Shown here in pieces: positions 63,995 through 64,000 of a stretch of DNA of 64,000 nucleotides (position 1 is its first letter; each line of letters begins with the position of its first letter). A program made the position numbers and the translations under genes. Under the pieces are notes generated by a model. That model was not told the DNA's origin, did no database searches, and saw only the letters and a program-made list of their open reading frames with translations. Source of the stretch: an uncultured delta proteobacterium (GTDB lineage Bacteria > Desulfobacterota > Desulfobulbia > Desulfobulbales > JAGXFP01); contig CAWEAD010000008.1 of assembly GCA_963807225.1 (NCBI GenBank), positions 337,763 to 401,762 on the forward strand, read 5' to 3'.

Positions 63995-64000
63995 AGAGCC

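Noticed and set aside
1-64000. CRISPR arrays, rRNA genes, intact transposons or prophage genes, toxin-antitoxin pairs, and known defence systems.
   Set aside because: Reading both strands, I found no regularly spaced repeats, rRNA signatures, integrase/transposase/RT genes or recognisable defence gene sets.

Overview
Bacterial chromosomal window, moderately GC-rich. The gene content suggests an anaerobic deltaproteobacterium (Desulfobacterota), by inference only: an nrdR-rib-nusB block, sigma-54 regulators, dense PAS/PilZ/HD-GYP signalling, UGA-encoded selenoproteins and AmmeMemoRadiSam genes. From 1-23 kb there is a compact housekeeping block. On the + strand it holds rpiB (3' end), glyA, dCMP deaminase, nrdR, ribD-ribE-ribBA-ribH, nusB, ftsK, a PHP phosphatase, a UvrD-type helicase, folC and an HNH nuclease; a Fur-family gene and pfk lie on the - strand. 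This block is followed by a HesB/IscA-like selenoprotein gene and a translationally coupled AmmeMemoRadiSam-type operon. That operon has export-signal-like N-termini, an A/B fusion and an embedded polytopic membrane protein. From 23-47 kb, starting near a tRNA-Leu whose T-arm segment is duplicated 244 bp downstream, the window is signalling-rich and looks accessory. It carries three PAS hybrid histidine kinases, an HD-GYP response regulator, a CheB-CheR-PAS fusion and a sigma-54 activator. It also carries two multiply frameshifted envelope genes (OmpA-like; Ig-like/DUF3494 lipoprotein), a regulator remnant, a secreted beta-propeller with a CXXCH motif, an FtsX/TPR/ABC set and rpoH. From 47-64 kb the content is mixed: tag, PilZ proteins, a flavoprotein disulfide reductase with a TVP38 partner, a CHASE4 kinase with a LuxR-type regulator, a SprT/DUF2786 protein, YceH, an SrkA-like kinase, an M15 peptidase and an IS3-like remnant. 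This part ends with a second selenoprotein, a Trx2-like thioredoxin with a U-P-H-C active site. I saw no rRNA, CRISPR array or intact mobile element. The best candidates for follow-up are the envelope-directed AmmeMemoRadiSam variant, the two selenoprotein genes with SECIS-like hairpins, an unexplained ~85-nt noncoding unit shared between two loci, and a near-identical tandem PAS duplication. All calls come from reading the sequence and ORF translations by eye; no searches were run.
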